NCBI GenBank assembly: GCA_037308085.1
Contig: CP147779.1
Coordinates: 1,344,001-1,408,000 of the forward strand
Length of the DNA stretch: 64,000 nucleotides
Origin: Promethearchaeati archaeon SRVP18_Atabeyarchaeia-1
Lineage (GTDB): Archaea > Asgardarchaeota > Atabeyarchaeia > Atabeyarchaeales > Atabeyarchaeaceae
Direction of reading: 5' to 3'
Below the pieces are notes generated by a model, which made no database searches, had not been told where the DNA came from, and saw only the letters and a list, made by a program, of their open reading frames with translations. The position numbers and the translations under genes are program-made. This document shows, in pieces, positions 39,888 through 49,692 of this stretch (position 1 is the first letter of the stretch; each line of letters begins with the position of its first letter).

Positions 39888-42377
39888 CTATGCCTTTCGC
39901 TTTGATGTACTAGTACGACCTCTTTTCCTGAGAAGCAATGTTGCTACAAGTGCGCCCAGTACTGTGCCAGCCACCAGCATTATCACCAGTGTTCCTGTTC
40001 CTGTTAGTTGACCTCCACCAGTTCCCGACGCCCCGAATACTGCGAAGTAGCTGAAATGAGGAGCGACCGCGAAGATTAGTCCATGCGTGCGGTTCAAAGG
40101 CAATGTAGCACTTGTGAGCTTAGCCCAGTGCGCGGGGATCGTCGAATTCCAGATATAGAGCGCTAGGTTGTTCTCGTTTATGCCAAGTTGTGCTGCTCGC
40201 GTCCTATTGTAGTACACGTATAGTATGGTCTCGTTGCTAGCATACAGTTTTGCACCATGAATGTCCAAGTATATTACTGGCACGGCACCAAGAGGTGGTC
40301 CCAAGGTGCCTGGTGGCGGAAGGTTGAAGAACTTGACCGAGACATTGTCTGCACCTTCTGTGCGTAGGTTGAAGCCATACTGGCCAAAGCACCAACGCGG
40401 TGTTGAGGCTTGAATCCCTGACTGCTGGAAGTCCACGTAGAAGTGATAACCTGCGGCTTCAAACTCCTTTATCGCAAGGAGCCTCTGATTCAGGGTAGTG
40501 TCATTGCGCAGGACTATGCTGCTGTCGAACCCCCAAGTGACCCGTGTGAAGGGCGTGGTGACACCATATGAGCCATAGCCATTCGTCATGTTCTTCAATA
40601 TTGAGTCCTTTAGGAAGAGGTACTCGATTCCGCGTCTCATGTGCTTCGCTGCCTCCGCTGCCTTGCTTGGATCAGCCATTCCGACGGGCGTGCCTAGGCC
40701 TGTTCCGAAGATCGGATGCTGCATGTTGAATCCAAGTTCCTGAACCACGAATCCATCATGTGATGCTAGGTGGCAGAACGATGGGTTGAGTAGGCCCAAT
40801 TGTGTAGCGTTCTTCTCGAAGAAGTAAGTAGAATCGAGAACCTGGACGGTTCCAGCCTGTAGCGCCGCTATGGCATTACTGTTCTTTGGAATTGTTCTCA
40901 CATAGTAGTCTACTATACCGTACTCACCCGCGCCCTCAAGCGCCGCTCTATTGAAGTATCCCATGAACTTCGTTAGGTGTATTCCTGTACCAGCGTTGTA
41001 GCTTACGAATTTGTAGGGGCCAGCGCCGATGGGTCCAATTCCTGTTAGCAGTGATACGTTCTTAGCGTAGTAACGGTAGGAGCCGATGCCAGTTGTGAAA
41101 GCTGTGTTGTAGAAGTTCGCTGTTATTGTTGGATCCGGGTGCCAGCTGCTGTAGCTCGGTATCCCAGTGCTGCTATTCACAAGTACTGAGGCGGGCATTA
41201 TTGGGAATGTACAGATCTTCTGCAAAAAGAACGCATAGGTATCAAGCAAGTTGATGTGGACTTTGTATAGGTTAGTAGTCTCGCTTGCGCCAGGCGTTCC
41301 AGGTTCTCCGGCCCAATAGACGCTTCTGTTTGAACCCAGAACTTGTGGCATGTTGTATACAATTGAGTTTGAACTTGGGTAGGCCCAGCTTGATGTCAGG
41401 CAGTACCTGTAGGTGTATACGACATCTCTGGCGTCCAGTGTTTCGCCGTTTTGGAACTTGATTCCTGGTCTTATCCAGAAGGTCCAGTTCTTGAAGTCTG
41501 CTGAGTGCGTGTAGTTGCCGTAGGCCATGTATGGCTGCACGTCCCACGTTGGGGGTAATCCTCTCATTAGAAGACCGCTGCCTCCCATCTCCCCGAAGAT
41601 TGGCGCGTAGCCGGCCAATTCGTATTGGGCTCCCGATGCATACGCTGGGCAGAGACCTTCTACTCCACAGTCATACAACTGACCTAATGTAACCGAGGTA
41701 AGTGGGCTCGATGTGAAGGTCCAAGCCTCCACCCCAGGCCATCTCGGCGCGAAGTTTGTGCTAAACTGCGTCGAACTGAGGTTCTTGGCGAATGCTACGA
41801 CGTTCTTGGAGTAGTAAAGCGCAACACTCGGTACCTCATCGTAGGCGAACTCTTGCCACTGATGAACTAATTGTAGCAGCCTAGTCTGATTCATCTCATG
41901 TTGAATGGCGTTTAGGAGGTTGTCGTTCACCGTATTGTTCCAAAGGTAGTAGTTACTACCCCCACCGGTATCACTGGCAAATTGGCTACTGTGGTACATA
42001 TAGTAGAGGTAAGTCGGATCTGGCTCCATCTCGTACCCGACGCAATTGAAGTCGAATCCCCCATCAGCGAAAGTCTTGCCGCGTGTCGATGCAGACGGTC
42101 CGAGCGCTCTTGCGAAGTACTCGCTCCACGGGATTACCGCCAGGGTGGAGTTTATTCCAAGGTTCTGCAGAGCCGTCACGACCATCTGCCCGTACTGGAT
42201 TCTCACCGGATTGTTATTGGGAACGATCAAGGTGATGTTGAGGACTGGATCTACCCGTGCGGTGGTCCCAGAAGCAGATGCCTGCGTCATGAGCGCGAGT
42301 GGCGAATAGGGCGAAGAGAGTCCAACTAGCATTAGCGATGCGAAGAGCAATGCGTAAAGCTTCTTAGTACTATTCAA
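39888..42377 (-). CDS. Family-5 (peptide/nickel) ABC substrate-binding protein with C-terminal surface domain and TM anchor
   Basis: Signal peptide, IRPGIKFQNGE...DVVYT, GAGPYKF, C-terminal HFSYFA domain, TM helix and basic tail. Confidence 0.85.
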   Translation of the reverse strand: MNSTKKLYALLFASLMLVGLSSPYSPLALMTQASASGTTARVDPVLNITLIVPNNNPVRIQYGQMVVTALQNLGINSTLAVIPWSEYFARALGPSASTRGKTFADGGFDFNCVGYEMEPDPTYLYYMYHSSQFASDTGGGSNYYLWNNTVNDNLLNAIQHEMNQTRLLQLVHQWQEFAYDEVPSVALYYSKNVVAFAKNLSSTQFSTNFAPRWPGVEAWTFTSSPLTSVTLGQLYDCGVEGLCPAYASGAQYELAGYAPIFGEMGGSGLLMRGLPPTWDVQPYMAYGNYTHSADFKNWTFWIRPGIKFQNGETLDARDVVYTYRYCLTSSWAYPSSNSIVYNMPQVLGSNRSVYWAGEPGTPGASETTNLYKVHINLLDTYAFFLQKICTFPIMPASVLVNSSTGIPSYSSWHPDPTITANFYNTAFTTGIGSYRYYAKNVSLLTGIGPIGAGPYKFVSYNAGTGIHLTKFMGYFNRAALEGAGEYGIVDYYVRTIPKNSNAIAALQAGTVQVLDSTYFFEKNATQLGLLNPSFCHLASHDGFVVQELGFNMQHPIFGTGLGTPVGMADPSKAAEAAKHMRRGIEYLFLKDSILKNMTNGYGSYGVTTPFTRVTWGFDSSIVLRNDTTLNQRLLAIKEFEAAGYHFYVDFQQSGIQASTPRWCFGQYGFNLRTEGADNVSVKFFNLPPPGTLGPPLGAVPVIYLDIHGAKLYASNETILYVYYNRTRAAQLGINENNLALYIWNSTIPAHWAKLTSATLPLNRTHGLIFAVAPHFSYFAVFGASGTGGGQLTGTGTLVIMLVAGTVLGALVATLLLRKRGRTSTSKRKA

Positions 42378-42707
42378 TCGATACTCCCTCTATTCTCCGC
42401 GAATTCCACTGATGCCCTCTGTCTTAGCATTCTAACGTATATAGGTTTGTATACCAAAAGCTATTCCGCGCGCAGCAGGTAGGCTGAATCTCCTCTGAAC
42501 AAGAGATCATGAGCTACATTTCTTCTTGGCACATCGTGATAGGTACGCTAACAGAGCTCGCAGGTTGTTCTCTGCGTTCGCGGGCAATCCTGCTTTTCAC
42601 GTAGAGAAAGGCCGATTGCCCGACACCACGAGACATGCTTGAAGCCCTAAACCCCTCAAGCAAGGCTTATTATCACTTGGGCTATCATCTACCGCCGGTG
42701 ATCGCGC

Positions 42708-43214
42708 GTGAGTTCTGGGATTGAAGGACCTCTAAGTGGAGAGGGCACGAAAGATATGCCCAAGAAGGAATTAGAAGCACACATCGTGCAGTTCTTGAAG
42801 AGCCAGAACATGTGCGTTCTGGCAACCTGCAGAGATGATAAGCCTAGAGCCACACCTATCGAATACTATTCCAAAGGAACGATTCTCTACATGATTGCAG
42901 AAGAAGGTCAGAAGCTGAAGAACATAGAAAGGAATCCAAATGTCAGTGTCGGCATCTACGCTCCATACACAGGTTGGTTTACGGCGAGGGGGGTCCAGGT
43001 CACTGGGAAAGCGAAGATCATAACACGAGAGAACGCAGCTGAATTCAAAGATGCGATGTCGGTCTATAAGTGGCAAGAGGCGGTTAAGGAGCTGGGAATA
43101 AAAGAGCTGCCTCAGGCAGTCAAAGTCCTAAAGATTGAATCTGAGAAAATAGAAATGGCCGACATGTCACTGAGAACCAAGGGCTACGCGGCAAGACAGG
43201 TCTGGACTAGATGA
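42708..43214 (+). CDS. Pyridoxamine 5'-phosphate oxidase-like FMN-binding protein
   Basis: VLAT...PRATP, KLKNIERNPNVSV; true start may be ATG 42756. Confidence 0.85.
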   Translation: MSSGIEGPLSGEGTKDMPKKELEAHIVQFLKSQNMCVLATCRDDKPRATPIEYYSKGTILYMIAEEGQKLKNIERNPNVSVGIYAPYTGWFTARGVQVTGKAKIITRENAAEFKDAMSVYKWQEAVKELGIKELPQAVKVLKIESEKIEMADMSLRTKGYAARQVWTR

Positions 43215-43338
43215 ATCAATCCAGTGTTTTCTCAACTGCTAATGCCTCGAAGATCGGGTCTCACGTTCTCCTCTTGGCAAATGAAGTGGCGCCGCTTCAG
43301 AATCCCCTATTGGTATGTTCTGCACCCGCAGTGCCTGC

Positions 43339-43803
43339 TCAGATCCATTTCCGGACTTTCTTCTTGTAATCAACATATTCCTTGCCAAATCTGCTTGTCA
43401 GTAGCCGCTCCTCATAGTTGGCCATCCTGTTGTAAGCGGCAAATGCAACAAACCATGGTACCAGGCTCAGCAGCGAGAAACTCCAGAGAGTGAACGGAAG
43501 ATAGAGAAGAAGAGTTCCTAGGTAGAGCGGGTGTCTGGCATGACCGTAGATCCCTGTGGTCGTCAGCTTCCCAGCCTTCATGGCGTGCAAGTGGCTGTGA
43601 GCCAATTCCGTGATGGCCAGTCCAATAACGAGAACACTCAATGCAAGCCCGACCCGAACAAGGCAAGGAATGTACACTGCCAGGAATGTCGAGTAACCAA
43701 GAATAAATGAATCAGCGAACCATACAGACAAGAACAAGAGGAAACAAGAGATCTGTAACAAATGCCCGTGCGGAAGCTCACCTTCCTCGTGGTGTCTGCT
43801 CAA
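43339..43803 (-). CDS. Isoprenylcysteine carboxyl methyltransferase/PEMT-like membrane protein
   Basis: TTGIYGHARHPLYLG, EERLL...FGKEYVDYKKKV. Confidence 0.88.
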   Translation of the reverse strand: MSRHHEEGELPHGHLLQISCFLLFLSVWFADSFILGYSTFLAVYIPCLVRVGLALSVLVIGLAITELAHSHLHAMKAGKLTTTGIYGHARHPLYLGTLLLYLPFTLWSFSLLSLVPWFVAFAAYNRMANYEERLLTSRFGKEYVDYKKKVRKWI

Positions 43804-43859
43804 CGACGACTCCTCCAGAGAAAGGACTACGCGGAGAATCCTGCCACGTGTTATGTGAA

Positions 43860-44008
43860 TGGTAGCCCCGGGGAGAATCTCGCTCCGAGAGGTTTCCTCG
43901 GGAGATTCGAACTCCCGTCAACGGGTGTCTCCAGACAGAAGACTTGGTAGGTATCTTACACTTCTGTCCACCAGAGCCCGCCATCATTGGCCGCTAGACC
44001 ACGGGGCT
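43860..44008 (-). tRNA. tRNA-Gln(CTG) with two introns (37/38: 43927-43970; 59/60: 43877-43905), CCA encoded
   Basis: Spliced: AGCCCCGTGGTCTAGCGGCCAATGATGGCGGGCTCTGG^ACCCGTTGACGGGAGTTCGAA^TCTCCCCGGGGCTACCA; A1-U72 pair; both introns form BHB motifs. Confidence 0.92.
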
Positions 44009-44352
44009 ACAACAAGTAGGTTTGTGTGGCATCATACTTATGTCTTACTGTATCGTGTTCGTCTAGGTATCATCCAAATAGATGGACCCCCCACGTGTTT
44101 CAGACAACAGGTACAAGGTACGCAGACAGGACTGGCGCGGCGCGGATCTCACATTTCTGTTCTCAATTGCGGCGGTAGCATGCTGCACCAATGCTGTTGA
44201 CAATTCTCCTCTCAATGCGGTATTCGATGCAATATTCGCATCGATGTTTCTTCTGTCAATAATAGGTTGTTCTCCTGAGGAAATATTGATAAGTTCACTA
44301 TTCGTTAGCCAAACATATGTTCGAGTCCCCTTAGGGGAGATGAATTGAAGAC

Positions 44353-45087
44353 ATGAGAAAGTTAACAAAGACGATAGGTATCTCGGTTCTAGCCTTGATG
44401 CTTCTCTCTCTCAGCGCTACTTCTGCCTCTGCGGCTACCTACAACTACTACTTGACTCCTAATATGGGTGCATACGCCACTTACAGGTGCCTCTTCAGCA
44501 ACTCATCGTTGTTTCCTTCCAACACTCAGACTACTATGGGTTTCATGCTAATTGAGAAGAGTATGTCGCACAACGCTACGATGCACTACCAGAACAACAC
44601 ATACTACGTAGAAGGAGCTACTATCGGGGTCTACCTCAATGACACTCTATGGGACCTTGGTGATGTCACTATTCAGAATGGACCGCCTTACGGTCTTATC
44701 TTCTTGCCGACATCAGATGGCTGGTGGAACTTCATCAAAACCTTTGCTGAAGATCCTGCCAACAACCCCAGTGGACGGAACAACGTCACAATAGGCCCAA
44801 GTGAAGTTGACGTGATCATGTTCACGTCAAGCGGTGGCTATAACTCCACAATCTGGCTCACGGTTGATCGGCACCTTGGTATCCCGAACGGTTTCAGCGT
44901 CCTATCAGTAGAACTAGCACATCCGACCAACAAGCAGTACTATGAATGCGGGTTACTCCAATACAGCGTTCCCAGCAGTCCATTGGCTCCGGAACAAGCT
45001 CCACCGATTCTAGTCATTGGAGTAGCTGGAGTCGCCTTAGCTTCTGGGTTAGCCCTAGGGTTCCTGATCGGGAAGAGAAGAGTGTAG
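44353..45087 (+). CDS. Secreted, C-terminally anchored surface protein
   Basis: Signal peptide, N/T/S-rich body with NxS/T sequons, Pro linker, TM helix and KRRV. Confidence 0.8.
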   Translation: MRKLTKTIGISVLALMLLSLSATSASAATYNYYLTPNMGAYATYRCLFSNSSLFPSNTQTTMGFMLIEKSMSHNATMHYQNNTYYVEGATIGVYLNDTLWDLGDVTIQNGPPYGLIFLPTSDGWWNFIKTFAEDPANNPSGRNNVTIGPSEVDVIMFTSSGGYNSTIWLTVDRHLGIPNGFSVLSVELAHPTNKQYYECGLLQYSVPSSPLAPEQAPPILVIGVAGVALASGLALGFLIGKRRV

Positions 45088-45127
45088 CGGGCAAGGGCAA
45101 AAGCCTTGCCTGCCTTTACCTTTTTCT
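45087..45127 (+). terminator. Hairpin plus U-tract terminator
   Basis: GCGGGCAAGGGC-AAAA-GCCTTGCCTGC followed by CTTTACCTTTTTCT. Confidence 0.65.
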
Positions 45128-45181
45128 ATGTGTGCAAGGAACTGCCAGATATGAGGAATAGGAAAACCGGAGTACTCAAAA

Positions 45182-45556
45182 TCATCTTCTAGCAGAGAGA
45201 CGGTCTCTGGCTTCTTTTAGTCTCTCTTCCGACAAATAGTACTTGCCATCTATCTTAACGAAAACGCCCGCCCTGCCCAAACGCCTGTCCATAGCTCTTT
45301 CAAATCGTGGACCTAGTCCCAATTCTGAGGCAGTCATGGCCGTTTCTGGGCTGATTGCCCCTTTCGTGCGGAACCTTTCGGTTAGCTTTAGAATCCTTTC
45401 TCTCATGAAGAAGCCCGCGTGGAAGGGGCGCAATCGAGTGACTGGAGTATTATCGGTTACCCCTACTTCGACGGAGGTTCCACATTTACTGCAGAATTTG
45501 GCGCCTGGCACGAGCTTGATTCCACAGATTTTGCAGTAGTACGGCTCATTCTCCAT
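45182..45556 (-). CDS. Zinc-ribbon domain protein with C-terminal winged-helix-like domain
   Basis: YCKICG...KFCSKCG; GAISPETAMTASELGL. Confidence 0.75.
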   Translation of the reverse strand: MENEPYYCKICGIKLVPGAKFCSKCGTSVEVGVTDNTPVTRLRPFHAGFFMRERILKLTERFRTKGAISPETAMTASELGLGPRFERAMDRRLGRAGVFVKIDGKYYLSEERLKEARDRLSARR

Positions 45557-45730
45557 GGCTTAAACCATCCGGCTTGGTGCCCATCTTGATCTCTGGCAAC
45601 TAGTATAGAGGTGGAAATACAAATAAACTAAGGTGGAAATCTCGGCTTAACCCCGGTTTCCTTCTTCACCCCTTTTGATCGGATTTCATGCCGTGCTATT
45701 TCCAGAACCATCTCGTTCTGGGTCAGGATT

Positions 45731-48700
45731 TCAATTCGGGTTTACTTGTACTTGGAGTGTTTCTCCTTGTTTGATGGTAACCGGCTCTTCTAGATCGATT
45801 TGGAGAATCTTGTCTTTATGCTTCACCTGCTTTAGAGGTATCACCGCGGAGTCCTTCTGGACGGTTACACTAGGCGGTCCCTCACGTGGTTGGATCACAA
45901 GTGTGTTGACTGTAAGTGCTCCTTCATTTACTGTGACTGTGTCAGTTTGCTCATCGCCGTCTCCACGAGTTTGGGAGATTATTCCCCATGCCGAAGGTAT
46001 AACGAAGACTGATCTGAAGTTGCCTTGATTCACCTTCGGTTCGAAGCTGAGTGAGTGCCGAGGCGCGTCGTAGTTGATGCCTCCGAGGTCGGTGAGAACC
46101 GCCCAGATGTCCATGGCGCGATAGTAGTGCCCACCGCACTCAATGTGATTCCACGTTAGCCCAGCTTTCTGGTATCGATCATAGACATTCTTCACTATGG
46201 TCAACCCCTCATCGACGAACCCTTCCTGAATCAAGAGAGATGCGACCGCATATTCTGTCCCGGTCCAAGGGTTGTCGCGCTGCGTCGAGGGAGAAGTGAA
46301 CCCCCCAAGTCCACTAGCTGTCTCACTACCCTTACCCGCGAACTTCTCTGGTAGGGCTCCGTTGAGAAGCCCCGCATCGCTGCGGAAGTTGTACTTGTAG
46401 ACTGCCTTCAGAGCTGCCTTGATATGCTCTTTGTCAAGGATGTCGCCCAACTTCAGGAAGTTCGCGAACCACTGTCCACTCAGCTGATCCGCCATACAAT
46501 AGAAGTTAGTTTTCCCAGAAGGTGGATCATGCCACAGATCATAGTACTCTCCATTCCAGAGTAGCTTCTCCATGTTTCCACGAGCCTTAGCATATATGCC
46601 ATCCATCTTCTTGGCATAAGATTCCTCGCCCATCAGCTTAGCCATCTGACCGGTTGCCTTGAGGGCAGCGAGCCATATTGAGCTGACATACGCCGAATAA
46701 CCAAGGAAGTCCCAGACATCATATGTCTGAGAAGCTATGTACGTGTCGGTCAATGAACGATCGTAGTGGTACGGAAGTAGGATACCATGCTCATCGAGTG
46801 CAAGGTTGTGATCCATCGCCGCCTTTACATGTGGCCACATCTCATCAAGGTACTTCCTGTCCCCTGTCCACAGATAATCCCTCAGAATCAGCAGAGCGAA
46901 CTTTGGCATTAGGTCTATCATGTGATAAGCATCCACCGCGTTGAAGGCCCCGGGGAACATATGGGGGATGCGACCTGTAGCATCCTGACCAGTCTTGGCA
47001 ACGATCTCCCGATACACTCTAAGCCGCTTCGCCTTGTTCGTCAAGATGGCTGGATCTCGCTTCACGTATTCCTCGAATAGCTTCTTATTCTTCGGGAAAG
47101 CGATGAAGTACTCATGGTATCTCCTTGACTCAGGGACCAACTGGAGGTTAGCTGTCATCCTCATCTCAGCCTTCTGAAGCTCAGGGAAGAACAGAAGCAC
47201 CGGATGGGAGCCGTAGTAGGTCACATCGAGGGTTTGTAGTCCACAGCAACCCAACCCTTCCCATATTCCAAACCGCCCGTCCTTCACATAGAACGAACTC
47301 TTCACAAAGGTGGTAAGCTGAGCGTTCACAGCATCAACAAGCCAGTAGTCAAAGTAGGATTGGTAGAGCGCATCATGGAAGACTCTGCTTCTTCCTTCAA
47401 GCTGCTTGAGATTCTTCACAACATATTCTGCGACGCTGAGGGCACTGGAGAACCAGTTCTCGTACATGTGCCCCATCCTCTCCGAGCCATCAGCAGTAAC
47501 GTGGTTGGGGAAGAACCAGGTAAGCAGGAAAGTCACTTTGGCCTCTGCGCTCGGCTGCAATGAAAGTCTTGAGCACAGGAGCCCTTGCGGACCTTTTAGC
47601 TTCGGAGGAGAGATTGCCAGCTTGGGGGGAGGTACGATCTTCTCAAGGAACTTCTGTTTCTCACGTAGATCCTTCTCGATCTCAGGTCTCTGGGCAACCA
47701 TTTCGTCATATTGCTCCTTGGCGGCAGGACTGTACCGCATCCTCTGCTCAAGTATGAACATCCATCTTTTCTTTGGGTCAGCCTGAAGTGTGAGGTCTGA
47801 GGCGACAGCTTCCTCGAATTCTGGGACATTCGAGACTACACCAGACTCTAGTACCTTCTGGATCTCCTTGGGGAATGCCATGTACGCGCCTCCAAGTTTG
47901 CTTACGCTCTGAGCCAAGTCAGGCAGACTTTGAAGAACCGTTGCCAGAAAAGGTGGAGGAGTCTTATCCATGTTGTCAAGCTGACCTTCTGTCTGGAGTA
48001 TCCTCCAGTACTCCTCACCGCTAGATCCTGACCCAGTCAAGTCAGTCACAACGTATTGGGAGGCGCGATATGAGATTGCTTCTTGCCCGGACTTCAGGCA
48101 CGCCAGCGCCAGCGAGCCCTGATGCTGAAAGTGATCTTGAGGGATATTCTTTGCAGTCATCTCGATTGCTGTGAACTGATCATTTTGGGTAACCTTGTTT
48201 ACTGCCTCACTTCTGCGAACGCCCTTCCCCACAGCGTTAACAATACCCCCGAGAACAGACACATCCAACTCTTCATTTGAAACATTCTTCAAGGTGAATG
48301 TGAATACTGCTGTGGGCAGCGCCGAGTTCTTAACATCCAAAGGAATAAAAGGCGAGAAGGCAGCCAGCTGAACCTCAACTGGGAGATCGGTCTTGTAGTT
48401 GACCTTGACAAATGGGAACTCTCCGACATACTCAGTAGCCTCGACATTCTTGATGAAGGATCCAACGTAGAGCCTGTTGATCTCACTTTTCTCCTTTGAT
48501 GCCAGAATCCTGACCTTAGGCTCACTGCTGGGCGCCTTGACCCGCACAGCAAAATAGAGGTCATCAGGATCGAGAATCTCCTCCCCCTTCCAATCCACTA
48601 CGAGCGCTCCACCGCTCCAAGGGGGATTGTTGAATATCTGCCACTCGTAGAAGCGCCCATCCGACCTAAGCTCTACGGAGCCCGTGCCAATGCCTCCAAG

Positions 48701-48826
48701 TGGAATGCCTGAAAGCGGCTTCGCCGTACTTCTCAGAACCTTTTCAGGCGGAACCGTGGAACAGCAATCACTTTCCCCGCTGCCCTTGGTTTTTCCGCAA
48801 CCGCATCCTCTGCTCATGTGTGTCAT
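45731..48826 (-). CDS. GH116 glycoside hydrolase (GBA2-like) with two helical insertions
   Basis: GIPLGGIGTG, AFSPFIP...SALP, WEG...QTLDV, QTYD, DQLSGQW, WTGTEY, ECGGHYYRAM. Confidence 0.9.
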   Translation of the reverse strand: MTHMSRGCGCGKTKGSGESDCCSTVPPEKVLRSTAKPLSGIPLGGIGTGSVELRSDGRFYEWQIFNNPPWSGGALVVDWKGEEILDPDDLYFAVRVKAPSSEPKVRILASKEKSEINRLYVGSFIKNVEATEYVGEFPFVKVNYKTDLPVEVQLAAFSPFIPLDVKNSALPTAVFTFTLKNVSNEELDVSVLGGIVNAVGKGVRRSEAVNKVTQNDQFTAIEMTAKNIPQDHFQHQGSLALACLKSGQEAISYRASQYVVTDLTGSGSSGEEYWRILQTEGQLDNMDKTPPPFLATVLQSLPDLAQSVSKLGGAYMAFPKEIQKVLESGVVSNVPEFEEAVASDLTLQADPKKRWMFILEQRMRYSPAAKEQYDEMVAQRPEIEKDLREKQKFLEKIVPPPKLAISPPKLKGPQGLLCSRLSLQPSAEAKVTFLLTWFFPNHVTADGSERMGHMYENWFSSALSVAEYVVKNLKQLEGRSRVFHDALYQSYFDYWLVDAVNAQLTTFVKSSFYVKDGRFGIWEGLGCCGLQTLDVTYYGSHPVLLFFPELQKAEMRMTANLQLVPESRRYHEYFIAFPKNKKLFEEYVKRDPAILTNKAKRLRVYREIVAKTGQDATGRIPHMFPGAFNAVDAYHMIDLMPKFALLILRDYLWTGDRKYLDEMWPHVKAAMDHNLALDEHGILLPYHYDRSLTDTYIASQTYDVWDFLGYSAYVSSIWLAALKATGQMAKLMGEESYAKKMDGIYAKARGNMEKLLWNGEYYDLWHDPPSGKTNFYCMADQLSGQWFANFLKLGDILDKEHIKAALKAVYKYNFRSDAGLLNGALPEKFAGKGSETASGLGGFTSPSTQRDNPWTGTEYAVASLLIQEGFVDEGLTIVKNVYDRYQKAGLTWNHIECGGHYYRAMDIWAVLTDLGGINYDAPRHSLSFEPKVNQGNFRSVFVIPSAWGIISQTRGDGDEQTDTVTVNEGALTVNTLVIQPREGPPSVTVQKDSAVIPLKQVKHKDKILQIDLEEPVTIKQGETLQVQVNPN

Positions 48827-48972
48827 CTCACAAACAACCAGTAATAGTCAATTGGTCAAACACATAATGACTTCAGTTGCTTCATCATAATAAGAATTTT
48901 GAAATCAGCTTCTTAGAAGGTTGTGCGGAGCAAAGTCTATATTCAACGGGATCGTAGGATGGAATAGGTCTG

Positions 48973-49692
48973 ATGGCTATGAAAAACAGCGACGGCTACA
49001 TATTGAAGGTCTCAAACCTCACTGTCAAGCTGCAAAACCAAGTTATCCTTGACAACCTAAGCTTCCAACTCAAGAAGGGAATAACCTTAGCGATTTTCGG
49101 ACCAAACGGTGCTGGGAAGACAACGCTTGTGAAAGCGCTACTCAACCTTGTACCGTACCAAGGAACCATTGAGTGGGAAGAGAAAGTGAGAATAGGCTAC
49201 GTGCCTCAGAACATCACCGTTAGTGACATACCGATTTCCGTGAAAGAGTTCCTGTCAGTCAAGGGTCGCCGAGACATCGAGAAATACCTCAGCCTAGTCA
49301 AACTCACCGACGCCAGCATGCCGAACAGGAACCTAGGTCTACTATCTGGTGGGGAACTACGCAGGGTATTGATCGCTTGGGCTCTTATTGATGACCCAAC
49401 TGTTCTGCTATTCGATGAGCCTACGACGGGAGTTGACATGGGTAGCGAAGAGCCCATCTACGTTATGCTCAGCGAGCTGAAACAGAAGAGGAAAATAACG
49501 ATGCTCCTGATATCGCATGATATCCATATTGTCAGAGAGCACTCTGATCAGGTGCTTGCCCTGAACAGATCTGCGACATTTTTCGGAGAATCCAGGGAAA
49601 TAATGAATCCCTCAATACAACAAATGATCTGCGGAGAGACCGTGTGCAAGGGATGGAACGATGAGAGGGAGTCAGGGTGGCAGAAGCCTTAG
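48973..49692 (+). CDS. Zn/Mn ABC transporter ATP-binding protein (ZnuC-like)
   Basis: GPNGAGKT, GYVPQ, LSGGE, DEPT, SHD. Confidence 0.88.
   Translation: MAMKNSDGYILKVSNLTVKLQNQVILDNLSFQLKKGITLAIFGPNGAGKTTLVKALLNLVPYQGTIEWEEKVRIGYVPQNITVSDIPISVKEFLSVKGRRDIEKYLSLVKLTDASMPNRNLGLLSGGELRRVLIAWALIDDPTVLLFDEPTTGVDMGSEEPIYVMLSELKQKRKITMLLISHDIHIVREHSDQVLALNRSATFFGESREIMNPSIQQMICGETVCKGWNDERESGWQKP

Noticed and set aside
43860-43875. tRNA 3' end as an integration site (att duplication)
   Set aside because: No repeat of the tRNA 3' end longer than about 8-9 nt was noticed, and there is no integrase in the window.
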